Assembly (NCBI GenBank): GCA_030295235.1
Contig: AP026125.1
Coordinates: 1,054,001-1,118,000 of the forward strand
Direction of reading: 5' to 3'
Origin: Fistulifera solaris
Lineage: Eukaryota
Length of the DNA stretch: 64,000 nt
A program made the position numbers and the translations under genes. How positions within the stretch are numbered: the stretch's first letter is position 1; each line of letters begins with the position of its first letter. Under the pieces are notes generated by a model. That model saw nothing but the letters and a program-made list of their open reading frames with translations. It did no database searches and had not been told where the DNA came from. This document shows positions 1 through 12,072 of this stretch, piece after piece.

Positions 1-2
1 AC

Positions 3-1289
3 ACTGCCTTTGTTGGCCGCTTTGCCGACTCGCCGGTAGAGCTCGCTGGTATGGGATCGGCAGTGCCCATCTTGACGTTTTCGTTCTATCTATTTAACTT
101 TTTGTGCACTGCCACAACACCACTGGTTGCTTCGAGTAGAGCGGCCGGCCAAGCGAAAGAAGCTGCCGCAGTGGGAGCGCAGGCGTTGACTTTGTCACTG
201 GTTCTTGGTGCTACACTGACTATCACGTTACTGTCCTTGAAGCAAACGTTACTGACAGTCATGGGTACAGATATTACCGGAGAGATCGCCAATGGGTACG
301 CGCTTGCGTTTCTATCAGTACGCGCTCTTGCCGCTCCAGCAGTATTGTGCATCGAAGCCTCCACAGGCGTTCTCAGGGGATATCTCGATACAAGGACACC
401 CATTGTAATACTCATTGTTGCCAACTTGTTAAATTTGGCTCTCGATATAGTCTTGATTGCATTCGCTGGATTGGGACCTATGGGCGCCGCAATTGCTACC
501 ACTACAGCCGAGTGGGTAAGCGCTGGATTATTTCTGGGTGTACTTTCCGGTACAATTCCTTCCGCATCTTCGTCTGTTGACGCTATCGAAATAAGGCCTT
601 CTTTGTCAATCCCCACATGGCAAGAAGTTCGTCCCTTAATTGTTGCCTCGGCATCGGTGTTTTTTCGGGCTGTTGTATTGCAAGTGTCGCTTTCTGGCGC
701 GGCTGCAATGGCAGCTCGAAGTGTATCTGAAGAAGCTGCGGTTGCAGTTGCTGCTCATCAAATCGGCATACAATTGTGGATTTTGTGCAGTTTCTTTTGC
801 GACTCGCTAGCTGCCGCGAGTCAGGGTTTGGTCGCCGATGCTTTGGGCAGAAAAGACCCTGATGGTGTACGGGAAGTATCAAGAACGGTATTCGCTTATA
901 GTCTATGTCTGGGGCTCTTCTTGGGACTACTCCTTCAAGTAGGAGAAGCAACAGGCTTGCTCTTTGAAATATTTACCGACGACGATTCAATCCAAGCCGC
1001 GCTCCATAAAATTCTTCCACTTATCGTTATTGCCCAACCACTAAATGCAATGGTATTTGCAGCCGATGGCGTCATTCAGGGGGCGTCAGAATTTACATTC
1101 CAAGCGAAAGCGATGGCATTATCGGGTTTGACGGCTGTATCTACCTTTGTGTGGCTTGAGATGGGCAATGCGGATGTTGCGACCCTGGTACATGTTTGGA
1201 CTGCGCTTATAGCGCTCCAGTCAATGCGTGGTCTCACGAGTTTATGGAAACTTGCTCAAAAGGACGGCACTATCAATCTCTTTGGATAA
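3..1289 (+). CDS. MATE-family efflux transporter (5'-truncated by window)
   Basis: Frame is open from base 3 (TAFVGRFADSPVELAGMG). Multiple TM segments and MATE-like motifs GVLRGYLDTRTP, GPMGAAIAT, AAHQI, QPLNAMVFAADGV. Confidence 0.9.
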   Translation, partial: TAFVGRFADSPVELAGMGSAVPILTFSFYLFNFLCTATTPLVASSRAAGQAKEAAAVGAQALTLSLVLGATLTITLLSLKQTLLTVMGTDITGEIANGYALAFLSVRALAAPAVLCIEASTGVLRGYLDTRTPIVILIVANLLNLALDIVLIAFAGLGPMGAAIATTTAEWVSAGLFLGVLSGTIPSASSSVDAIEIRPSLSIPTWQEVRPLIVASASVFFRAVVLQVSLSGAAAMAARSVSEEAAVAVAAHQIGIQLWILCSFFCDSLAAASQGLVADALGRKDPDGVREVSRTVFAYSLCLGLFLGLLLQVGEATGLLFEIFTDDDSIQAALHKILPLIVIAQPLNAMVFAADGVIQGASEFTFQAKAMALSGLTAVSTFVWLEMGNADVATLVHVWTALIALQSMRGLTSLWKLAQKDGTINLFG

Positions 1290-1477
1290 GCAACTGGTAC
1301 TATTCTCTTATCAGCGGGGTAAGTGCACTACTAGGTCACACAAAGGTCTTTTTGATGAGGACTACACACTAATTCAAAGATCTTGTTTCTAATTGCGATT
1401 CATCAAAGAAAATGGCCACGAGATAATGTCCATGAGACTTTACGACAAAAAGAGGCAGCAGAATACGGAATAAGATT

Positions 1478-2661
1478 TCAGAGTTCGACGTGACTCAAAA
1501 GTGCTTGAAACTTTAGGCCCATTTCTTGTTTCAGATGCAACGCCGACTGTTCGATCTCGAGAATGTTTCCGTGTTTCATATTCAATTCCGCTGATAAATC
1601 AAGAATTTTATCTTCAAAAGTTTTCCACCCGTCCTCAAACTGCAGATTCTTACTCATGATCGATTGAAAAAGTTCTTCGAATGATGGATCTGGCGAATCA
1701 ATCGCATCTTGTTCGGCCGTAACACCATCCATACACACATCACCCGTTTTAGTGAGTACTTCATCCGGTTCTTCTTTTGAGACATTTGTAGGATTGACTG
1801 CGCTTACATTTTGCACGTCCGAGGTCGCGGTGTTATCATTTTTACGTGGCGGAGCATTCAATAGAGATGAGCTCTTCTCGATTACGTTAGTGTCGGGAAT
1901 GTTTCTTGTCAATGTTGTAGTTCCTGGGGGGCTCTCGTCGCAACTGAAAGTGTCCATTCCTCCTAAAGTCACACGGCGCGGATTCACATGTACAGCGTCA
2001 GATTCTCCATCGAATGAAGTTCGTAGTTTTTCGTACGAGCCCGAGACGTCTTTACTCGCGTTTGCGAGTGTGTAGGACTCGAACATGGACTCGACACTCT
2101 TCGTCGAAGGCGCCGGAGTGATCACCGACGAAAGCTCAGCATGGTTCTTGCCAATCGAAACACCTTTCTGATTTTGCCGGCTGGACAATGAAGGACTTGT
2201 TCCTCCCGCCGTTTGTTGAGGTAAGACGATCTGGATCGGTGTAGCACCACTGTCATCGTTTTTTGCGGTCGGAGGGCTTTTCACCGCACGTGGAGCACTT
2301 AAAAGAAACTATTCGGAAAAATTCCATTTTTCTCGACAGGCTTTGGAACTGGAAAGCCGTCATTGTTCTGCTGTAACAGTATAAAAACAAGTGTGTAAGA
2401 CGACAGTGCAATATCATCACCAGATCAAGCGCTCGCGGGTCTTACGATTTCTCCGCCGAAAGGCATCTCATCTAGCCCAGAATCAAACCCAAACCCACTA
2501 CCAAAATCAGAAGATCCCCAGGCGATATTATCACCAACAGAGTGGGTGGATTCAGGTTGCCCGGTCTTCGCATCGGACTTGCCACCGACACCAGAGTTCC
2601 CTCCAGCGGGTTCTTTCGGCTCCGGTTTACGGGCGAAGCGCGAGAAGCCTCCTGTCTTCAT
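1478..2661 (-). CDS. Hypothetical protein with C-terminal coiled-coil; probable intron 2371-2445 and an indel near 2300
   Basis: ORFs 2425-2661 and 1478-2284 can be joined through a GTAAG...ACAG intron plus one frameshift at a T-run. Confidence 0.5.
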
Positions 2662-3075
2662 TGTTTCTTTGACCAGTAGAAATATGTTTTATATCTCTGA
2701 AGTGCACTAAAAGTACTGTTTACTCTTCGCAATGCCCGCACCTTGCAAACAATTAATTTTATGATCCAGGAGAATTTTCTTTGCAAATGCGAGAAAATGC
2801 GCGCATGCGAGGTGCGAGAGGTGCGAGGAAAAGATCGCGATCGGAAAAGGGTTCAACGGACAAAGTTATCCGTTGGCTTACAACGTAATCTATAGAATAT
2901 CGATAACTATATACTGAAGTGTACAGGTACTTTCAAATGGATACATGCTTTATGAAACAAGCTAAGACGAAATCCGCGAGGTTTAGTTTCTGGAAATTGA
3001 GTGTCGAGAGCTGAGGCTTCAGCGATTCACACCAACTTAGAACGCGGCCCTTCATACTTCATATGCAATGAAAGC

Positions 3076-5450
3076 TTATCGTCGCCCTACTCCTTTTCGC
3101 CGCTTCCCACTGCTGCTTTTGGAGGTCTTTCTAACCGCCTTATTTCCTGTGTACTTGGCTGTCGATTCCCACATGTCAAATGGCATCAATGGCGGCCGGA
3201 CTGATATTCCGATGCTCTTCGGAACACAAATTTTCACTTTTGCCGGTCCAGCTCCAGTTACAGCCACCCAGCCAAGACCTGTTATGGTGATGTCAGCGGC
3301 AGCTTCCTTCCATCCGGATCCTTCAATCTCCACGACATGTTCTTCGAAATCGCCAATTTGTTCCATTCTTTCTACCCCGGGAGTAAGAGGCGGGGTAAGA
3401 ATTCCACCTGCGTGCTTTTTCACAAAATCACTTGCTTTATCGACACTTGTTGGGTGAAGTTTGATATCATTAGAAACAAAGAACGTAAAAGGAATGGCTT
3501 GCAATCATCCATGAGCTCGATGCGTGCTAGGCCTCCTATAAGTACACACTTTCCTGGTTCAATACGAAACGTTATTGGCTCTACTCGTCTAATGTCGAGA
3601 TGCGTTAGCAAGAAGAAAATCAGTCAAATATAAGGCCCCCGGAACACTTACTTTGACGGAACAACCATTTTCAGCTCGTCTGCTGTTAACAGTTGAGTGA
3701 ACGTTCCTGGCACAAGTAGCCCTGGTGTATCATAAAGAAAGCGACCATCCCCCAAATCGACCTTAATAAAGCGCAGGGTCGTCCCTGGAAGAGGGCTGGT
3801 TGTGACCTGCCCTCTTCGCGCGTTAGCATTTCCCGCGCGTCTCTTTCGTGGTTCCCCATCGTGGCTTCTATAACCACCAAGAATGTGATTGATAAGGGTA
3901 CTTTTACCGGCATTGGCTGAGCCGATCACGTAAATATCGCAGTCACGCTCTTCAGCAAGCTGTCGCGCCTTATCGAGCATTTTATCGATTCCCACCCCAG
4001 TCTTGCAACTCACTAGTCTCACGGAGCCACCAATGTTTGCTAATGATTTTACACCCAAATACTCCAACTCTCGACGAACCCAATTTTCAGCCCGAAGTGT
4101 TCCCATTTTCGATGGAAGAAGATCGGCTTTATTTGCAGCCAGGATGACGGGGTTATCTCCAGCTATCATGTCAAGCTCCGGCAGCACAGACCCGCTAAAG
4201 TCAAAGAGATCTACGAGGGCAACAATAACTGCCGTCTTTTCTCTCAGCGGACGCAATAACTCAAGAAATTTCTCCTGGGATATCATGGGTTCCTTCGTCC
4301 ATCCTGGTCGTAACGTTTCGTCTACTTTCCCAAAATTTTGAAGCCCGTGGCAGCGCTTACAAATAACCTTCTTTTCTGAGAGCTTCGACAAGTCCAGTTC
4401 CATCTCCTCCGCCATGGTATTGATATCAATATAATTGTCAGAATTTGGTGAATTTTCTTTTCCACTTGTTTGAATCAACCATTCAATTTCGTCCTCGGGG
4501 GTCCAACTATCAGAATCTGCTTTTTCTTGCAGTCTTTGCATCTCTTCTAACTTGCTCAGTTTGACTCGTAAGTCGAATTTTTCGGGTGGCAAGTAGCCAG
4601 GGCGGTTTTCGCTTGTACTCTGAAAATCAACTCCGCAAGCTGAACATGTCATTGCGTTGGTAACTAACTTGGTCAAGTTTTCTCTCTGCTTGGCTATTTG
4701 CCCTTCAGCTACATACCCTAGCGCCCCAACATCGTCAGCTGAAAATTGCCGAGCGTATTCATCAAGCTGTTCTGGTACGGAAAACTTTCCTGTTCTCAGT
4801 TCCGATGTAGCAGCCGCAATTCGAGCTTCCATGCTATCGTCGTCTGATGTACGTTGTATTTGCTCTGACCTCTCGATTAGTCGAGAATCAACATCATCGG
4901 TAAAGTCGCTTAAGTCAAAACGACTAAAGACCTCACCGCTTTCCAAGTTTTGAAAACCATTTTCGCCGGTGAGAGGGAACTGTTCATTATATTCAAAGGA
5001 ATCATCGATATCGTCCGCCAAGAAATCTTCATCAGCAAATTCATCTTCAAATGTATCGTCGTCGGCGAAAAACGCCCCAGATGAGTCAAAACCGTCTTTT
5101 CTGGCTAATTCATCAAATGCTTGTGCCAGCTTGTCTAAATGGTGCTGCTCGATCTTCTCAACCACTTTTATTTTCTTTCCTTTCGGCCGTGACGCCTTTG
5201 GTTGGCCCGGCCCTTCGGAAGCATCAGCCGATGCCATCCAGCGTAATCCCTTACTGCCTGCGTAACGAAAGTGACGGGTTCCAGGTCTTCCCGCACTTTT
5301 AAATAAATGCGTGTTCATGACACTCGGTGACATCCAGGCCGACGCGGATTTACGAAAATAGAAGCTCATGATGAACGTAAACCAGAGAGACGGGTCAAGC
5401 TGGTAGTGTCTTGCGCCCAGTTTGCGTGGAAAAACTGAACTCCGCATCAA
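3076..5450 (-). CDS. YqeH/NOA1-type circularly permuted GTPase, probably organellar; intron 3589-3651, frameshift near 3490
   Basis: CxxC zinc pairs (CSAC, CKRC). G4 NKADLL precedes G1 GSANAGKST, then G2 PGTT and G3 DTPG. C-terminal ADITITGLGWV. Confidence 0.9.
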
Positions 5451-5741
5451 TCTTCGTTGAAAAGAAAAATACTGTTTTGAAAAGAAAGAGCTGTCAAATG
5501 ATAAACAATATGAATCAACAACCCAGTTCGCTGTTTGCTAAGACCTTACAGCACACGCCGAAATAACACATCACAAGCGGAGCTTTTCGAGATTTTGGAT
5601 GGACGACGAGCAAGGAACGAGAACGAGGGACAAAAGCGCGGCGAAGAAAGCAATATCCTTAACCCTACTTCGCATAACTAAGACAAAAGGGCTTAAGTAA
5701 AATGCTACTCAAGTTTGTCAGAGTACATAAGTAAAAGAATT

Positions 5742-6108
5742 TTTGAAATTCAAATTTGAATTGTGTACCGTATACCGTTCTGAGTTCTGAACCAATTCGT
5801 ATCACCAAGTATCAGACAGATTTACTGTAAGCTTTTGTATGTAAGACAGGCCGCAAGGCGCAAGGCGCAGGGATTGGAGATTGGAGATCTGGATCTGGGA
5901 TTTATAACTTGCGACCTTGGGAACTTTCGGCTTCTTTTCTATTTACTATCCCTTAAATAATTAATTCTGTTTACACGACAGTGTACTGCTAAGATCACTA
6001 AGCTTTAATTAATTAACATTTAACAAATACAGTTCCGAGTTCCGACGTTCCGACATCATCAGATGGGCTTTATCAATTTCAAATTTGAATCAGTCACGCA
6101 ACGCGAAA
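5742..6108. promoter_or_regulatory. Candidate CHR (TTTGAA) palindromes and an E2F/SCB-like site upstream of a cyclin
   Basis: AATTCAAATTTGAATT at 5747-5762, TTCAAATTTGAA at 6078-6089, ACGCGAAA at 6101-6108. Confidence 0.35.
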
Positions 6109-6552
6109 CACAGAACACAAAAACCGAACTTGTTCGCTTCTTTCCGTTTGATACTAATGCATGTACCCACATCAAACTTTATTGTATCTTTTAATCCGCA
6201 CTTCGGTAGGTCTATTGATAGATTGATAGTCAGTAAACCAAACTGTCTTGACTAATGTGCTCGTCATCATTTCCGGGTCTGCCGAACGTCATTCTTACTT
6301 CTTACGCGACTGTAATTCCTCCAGCGCGCCACCATCCTCCCTCCAACAAAATCCATTTGCAGACGGCTTCGGGGCAGTGCGTGCAGGGTGCGGAATCCGT
6401 AGAAGCAGTACTGGAGGAATCCGTTCAACCCCGATCGCGCTTTTGCTCGTGATGCTTTCCATGCTCGGCACGCAACGTAGCACATTTTTCCAGCCCACAC
6501 ACTTTTTCCTCGACCGCCGCTTGGATCCATCAGCCTTTTGTTTTGCAATAAC

Positions 6553-7641
6553 ATGATGGAGGCTAGCAAAGCAGTTACTCCTCTCAAATCTGAAGAAGGT
6601 ATGATCATTTTCAGTGCTTCAGAGGCGAGCGGAGAGTATTGCAGCGGTGCCGTCGAAGCTGCGGACCACCTCAAGGTTCTCCTGAAGCAAGAAGTGGGCA
6701 CATATTCCCCGTGCGTCGATTATCTGAATATGGTGCGTCAGCTGCCTAATATTGGCTCGGGTGACTTTGTCAGTGAAGGCTGGAGGAGAAAGCTCTGTGA
6801 ATGGAGCTACGAAGTTGTGGATCACTTTGGTTTCGATCGTGAGGCAGTTAGCATTGCGCTGAACTATCTCGATCGCTACGTGGCGACTAAGGTTCAAGAT
6901 TGCAACCATGTTATCGGTCAAAAAGAATTTCAATTGTTGGCTGTAACATGTCTCTACACGGCCCTCAAGATCCACGGAGAGACTGAGGATCCAAATGGAC
7001 AGCGTCGCAAGCTACGAATCGATGCTTTTGTGGAACTAAGCCGCGGGTTCTTTAGCGTGGATATTATCGAAGAAATGGAGCGTGATATCTTCGCCACTCT
7101 CGACTGGAGAGTTAACCCGCCTACCTGTCTACGATTTGTTTCCTCAATTCTTCGCCTTTGCCCCAAGTGGACTATTGGAGGAATTGGTATAGCGCACTCA
7201 AATTTTATTGGAAGTATCTTTGACGTCTCACGTTACTTGACCGAGCTATCCGTTTGTGTCGCTTCATTCTCTTGCACCTTCAAGACATCAGTGATTGCCT
7301 ATGCCTCTGTCCTTTGCGCAATCGAGGCACTGGAATCGACTCGTCCTCTTCCTTACGCGGTCCGTGTAGCATTTCAAAACAATGTCGCGGATGCAACTGG
7401 TCTAACACCGAATTGTCCTGACATTCTTCACGCCAAAGCTATGGTTAAAGAACTTTGCCCTGATATGTTCAACAAACTTGATGCGTTCGACGATATGCCC
7501 GAAGTTCCTCACGAGATCCCAGACTTTGAAAGTCCCTCCGAGTCCGCGCAACAGAATGGCGGAAAGACTTCTCCAATTTGTGTGATGGATGACGTGAACG
7601 ACTCTCGTCGAAAGCGCATTAAATTCTCTCAAAACAGCTGA
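6553..7641 (+). CDS. Diatom-specific cyclin (dsCYC-like)
   Basis: Cyclin box WRRKLCEWSYEVVDHFGFDREAVSIALNYLDRY, plus FQLLAVTCLYTALK and LDWRVNPPT. Confidence 0.9.
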   Translation: MMEASKAVTPLKSEEGMIIFSASEASGEYCSGAVEAADHLKVLLKQEVGTYSPCVDYLNMVRQLPNIGSGDFVSEGWRRKLCEWSYEVVDHFGFDREAVSIALNYLDRYVATKVQDCNHVIGQKEFQLLAVTCLYTALKIHGETEDPNGQRRKLRIDAFVELSRGFFSVDIIEEMERDIFATLDWRVNPPTCLRFVSSILRLCPKWTIGGIGIAHSNFIGSIFDVSRYLTELSVCVASFSCTFKTSVIAYASVLCAIEALESTRPLPYAVRVAFQNNVADATGLTPNCPDILHAKAMVKELCPDMFNKLDAFDDMPEVPHEIPDFESPSESAQQNGGKTSPICVMDDVNDSRRKRIKFSQNS

Positions 7642-8350
7642 AGCGGCAATACCTTTTCGAAACTTGCCGCATTGTAAATATACTTCCACCTCCCACTTTT
7701 CGAACAGCCCTACAATCACAATGATTGTTCGCAGCTGGTGCTCCGGCATTCTTTTATTGACTATCACGAGAGATATGCTTAACTTCTTTCTAACAATTGT
7801 TAATTTTTCTCCACTCTTTTGTTTAACTAAACGCTTTCGATCAACAATCACTCTAGCTAGAGTGGCCCTCCAGAGTCTTGACTCAACGTGCATTCATTCG
7901 TGACGCACAAGATGGTTCAGACGCCAAGAATCATAAGAATTCTAAGTTCCACTTCCAAGTTCGGAGGCGATGTTTCTGCTTCCTTCATTGCTTACCGTAG
8001 ATCATGGAAAGAGAAATATAAAGTGTCGTGGCGAGTCTCGGGTGTCGGAAATCAGACATAATGACAATTGTCATCCTAGACATACAGACATGTACACCTT
8101 CCCTTGAGCTAAATCGCTTTCCGTGAGTTCCATTTATCATTACCTGGGGATTTGGGAAGCTCATAGAAATGCCGAGGATAAGTTGGGAAGGCAGACAATT
8201 CTTCACTTCTTAGTTACACGTTCGAATAAAGTATGTTATCGTAAGAGAAAGCCACAGACTAAAAAGAAAATTGGAGAGAGACCATCCGGTAATCACATAT
8301 TGGAATGCTTACCGCATTACGACCCAATTCATTCATTCTGTTGGCGAGCG

Positions 8351-9229
8351 ATGATTGACATCAAAGACCAAATCCAAGCTCTTGCCAGGAGAGAGCGTGG
8401 ACCATACCGAACAATCAAAGTAAATCATCTATTTTCCAATTGCAAGCCCAAAACAGATTCAGAAGTTGTAGAAGAGGCTTGGAGGCGCAAACTGTGTGAT
8501 TGGTGTTATGATGTCGTAGATACCTTTGGGCTGGACAGAGAAATAGTTTGTATTGCTTTCAACTACTTCGATCGTTTCAACGCAGTCACAAAACCCAGCA
8601 GATTGGCTGATATGACAAGTTTTCAGTTGCTGGCTGTCACGTGCCTCTTCATTGCACACAAGCTTTATGCTAAAAAAGATGACGGAAGTGGCAAGCTAAC
8701 GATCGATGCTTTCGAGCGCCTCAGCAGAGATATGTTCTGCAAGAAAGACATCGAAAACAAGGAAATGGACGTTTTGCAAACCCTTAACTGGTTCGTGAAC
8801 CCGCCGACCTCTTTAGCTTTTCTTATCTGCTTTTTCGAATTGATTCCAAAACTAGACCGTGAGTTACAAGCCGTATTCGAAGTCGCCCGATACTTATGCG
8901 AAATATCCGTGTGTGTCGGGTCGATTTTTCTTTCCTACAAAGAGTCTACGATCGCCTATGCATCCATCATATGCGGTTTGGAGTCGACCTATTCCTCGCT
9001 TGTGATGCGTGTAACCTCACTCGGAGACTTCTATCACGCCGTTAATTCCGCCGCAAACATGTTACCCTCTGATCCAGAAGTTCTTGATGTTTGTTCTTTC
9101 TTCAAGACCGCTTGTCCAGATTTATTCGACAGTCAGAACCTACTTGATAACGCTATCAATACACCACCTGCCTGCCACAAACAATATCTTGGCTGTTCGC
9201 CCTCTAGTGTCGTAGAACTTAACCGATAA
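8351..9229 (+). CDS. Diatom-specific cyclin (dsCYC-like), tandem paralog
   Basis: WRRKLCDWCYDVVDTFGLDREIVCIAFNYFDRF, FQLLAVTCLFIAHK, LNWFVNPPT. First plausible ATG at 8351. Confidence 0.88.
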   Translation: MIDIKDQIQALARRERGPYRTIKVNHLFSNCKPKTDSEVVEEAWRRKLCDWCYDVVDTFGLDREIVCIAFNYFDRFNAVTKPSRLADMTSFQLLAVTCLFIAHKLYAKKDDGSGKLTIDAFERLSRDMFCKKDIENKEMDVLQTLNWFVNPPTSLAFLICFFELIPKLDRELQAVFEVARYLCEISVCVGSIFLSYKESTIAYASIICGLESTYSSLVMRVTSLGDFYHAVNSAANMLPSDPEVLDVCSFFKTACPDLFDSQNLLDNAINTPPACHKQYLGCSPSSVVELNR

Positions 9230-9287
9230 TCATCGCAACGTCAATTTTATGCTGTATGATAATGTCCCATAACACCAACAGCCTAAA

Positions 9288-11004
9288 TCAAAACTTGTGA
9301 TTCTGCAAAGCATGTCGCGGTACTAAGAAAAATAGGGGCTCGAGCTCGGGCACAAGTTTAGTTAGATCAGTGTTTTCCGGGGGCTGACATTCTTTCGTAT
9401 GCGATGCATCCATGAGATGAGCACCAACCACAAACCAATTAGGCTTGACAAGTCGCAGCCAGACTCTTCCCCACCGAAATCGGTGTAATATGGAAGGCAA
9501 GGCTAGGAAAAGGCGAACGCCGACAAGAACCAACAAGCGAAGTAAAAGAAGACAGCACCATACACCATTACCGTGGTGAAAAGGAACAGAGCGGCAGTAA
9601 AGAGAATAGTCCCGAATAGAAGTTGGGTACTATCATAATTCATTGTGTCCGTCCGTTGGCGTAAGATATTGCGCTTTTTCCCTCGAAACAACCGCCACGA
9701 CGACCGCAATACGAAAAGCTCAACCGAAAATAAAAAGTGGAAAGCCTGGGCGAGCACTTCGAGATGCAGTGTCGTAAGTCGCCAGACGTCACAGAATAGG
9801 GTCAGCATACCTGATCCGCCAGCTAAACCCCCAAGCGACCAAAAGAGAAATGGTTTTCCCGAGACGTATGTACCCAAATCGAAGAACCTGCCGAGAAAGG
9901 TCTCCTGTACATTCAAACATGCTTTAGCCGCTTTCCCCATGGCTATGGTCAGTTTGACGTTAAGCTTGAAGCCGATGGGAAAACTTTCCATCCAATTTAA
10001 CAACATTCTGAGCCAGTGAAAGTGTCTTTCGACTATTGTAGTGAATGCCGCAAATAAGTCTCGTCCAAAACTGGAGAGGACGAAGCACATCAAGACCCCC
10101 AGTAACAAGTCCATAGCCCATCCGATAGTGTCATCCAGCAGACTGATTGATTGGTTCACACTGAAGTAATGCGATTGCACCAATGTGTGGTACTGTTTCT
10201 CACATTTTGTACAATAACCATTGACGCACGTTTTCGCTTGTGATGCGTTGACAAGGGCGCGTAGAATTCGCACAAAGAGCGGGGCGTTCTGCGCATGTTC
10301 TAGAAAGTAGGACTGGAAGGGTAGAGAGACCAAATTGCTCTTTACGGCGTCTGAGAGTCGCTCCAGCGTTTTTTCCTCTACCGATGCTTTTGCGCGGTCA
10401 TCGGGTAAGTTAGATGGTAACACTTGTCCCGTAAGATGAATGGCCTGAATCACTGCATTAGCGTGACTGATTCTTCCCAGAATGTTTTGGGAGAATCGCG
10501 AGTTAACATTAGCGGGTGTGTATAGAACAGCATTCTCAAGCGTCAGAGATTCATCCAGGCAAAGATTGTATACGACAACTTGACGAAAAGGAGTGATAGC
10601 CGAGGATCCTGATGTGGCTATATACACGGGAACTTGTTCCGGAGATACTTGCAGTATCGGCAATAACTTAGTGGCCCTTTGGACTGGCGATGGGTTGCAA
10701 GCGGCGTAGGCCAGCACATCGATGCTCTCAAAACAAAGTTTTCGAGTACACCCCCGCAACCTGTTGGAAGTTTGTTCGGGTCTCGATTACACGAGCAACA
10801 GAAACATGTGTTCGCCCCCAAAAAATCAATTTTTTGAGTCAAATCTTCCAATTTGTCGCAGCCAACAATGCCTGCCACTAACCAGATGTCATCCGAGCAC
10901 CATCCGACGATCCATCCTTCTTCTCTTCCCAAGCCCGATGGCCAAAATATGATACGATCTGCGCCACTTAAGCTCTCCGTCGTTGATTGCTGATAATAAA
11001 TCAT
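9288..11004 (-). CDS. GPI1: GPI-GlcNAc transferase subunit PIG-Q/GPI1, split by apparent frameshifts near 10750 and 9540
   Basis: Gpi1 motifs PIGFKLN and WRLFRGKKRNILRQRTD...QLLFGTILFT. Confidence 0.8.
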
Positions 11005-11079
11005 TTATTGGAACACAATGATAAGTTGTTTTTGACTTTTTAAGGTCGAATATCGTTTCATGGCTCGTATAATAAACGG

Positions 11080-11598
11080 TGTGTGTGTTCGATATGACAA
11101 AATGTCCGGGTACCCCTCTGTCGAAAAATTTCCCTACGAGAGCTACGTGAAATCGCGTAGACATTGGAAGCGTCGAATCTTTGTGATGTTCCATGTTTCA
11201 CTGTCCAACAAAAGTCTAATACTGTTTCATGGCTTGCACAAGCGATGTTGGGCAACGTTTTGTTGACATTGGTGTCCAAACGACGCGAAAGATGGTGTGT
11301 TCCAAATTGGACAATATCCGGGTATCCCCTCTGTCGATAAATTTCCCTACGAGAGCTACGTGAAATCGCGTAGACATTGGAAGCGTCGAAGCTTTGTGAT
11401 GTTCCATGTTTCACTGTCCAACAAAAGTCTAATACTGTTTCATGGCTTGCACAAGCGATGTTGGGCAACGTTTTGTTGACATTGGTGTCCAAACGACGCG
11501 AAAGATGGTGTGTTCCAAATTGGACAATATCCGGGTATCCCCTCTGTCGATAAATTTCCTATGAGAGCTACGTGAAATTACGTAGACATTCGAAGCGT
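11080..11598. repeat. Near-perfect tandem repeat, unit about 213 bp, about 2.3 copies
   Basis: TCCGGGTA(T)CCCCTCTGTCG recurs at 11105, 11317 and 11530 with nearly identical sequence between. Confidence 0.97.
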
Positions 11599-12072
11599 TG
11601 TATTATTCATGGTTCTTATTATTTCAGCAGATTTCAACGATGATGAAGGCATCGATTGACAAAGAGAGACTGCCCTCCGCCTCGGTTAATCATCACGCCG
11701 CAAAATATTCTGCCATACAGGCTTCAATCTACACAAGACTGGATTTTAGTCATGACAACCCTACGATCACTGTTACATAGGAATTTCAACGAAGAGTTGA
11801 CGTTTTATATTATGTTGAAATTTTTTCCAGGCGTTTTTCCCGGAGACGACGTTAAAATTCTGCCTCGCCGTAGGCTCCACGTAGAAACTTGTACTGAGAG
11901 GCAGAATTTTAACGTTCATCCCCGCCACTCGAGATTCGAGGTGCACTTTTGCAAAAACTCGTCCGCTGCCCGTGGTCCGCCGAGCTACGCAAAAAGCAAT
12001 GCAATCCTACCATGTCTTGACATATTAACAAAAGTCAAGATAAGCACTAACTCTTCAATCTTCATTATTACC

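Noticed and set aside
11058..11492. 144-aa ORF with internal repeat
   Set aside because: It is simply the translation of the 213-bp tandem repeat, with no independent gene evidence.
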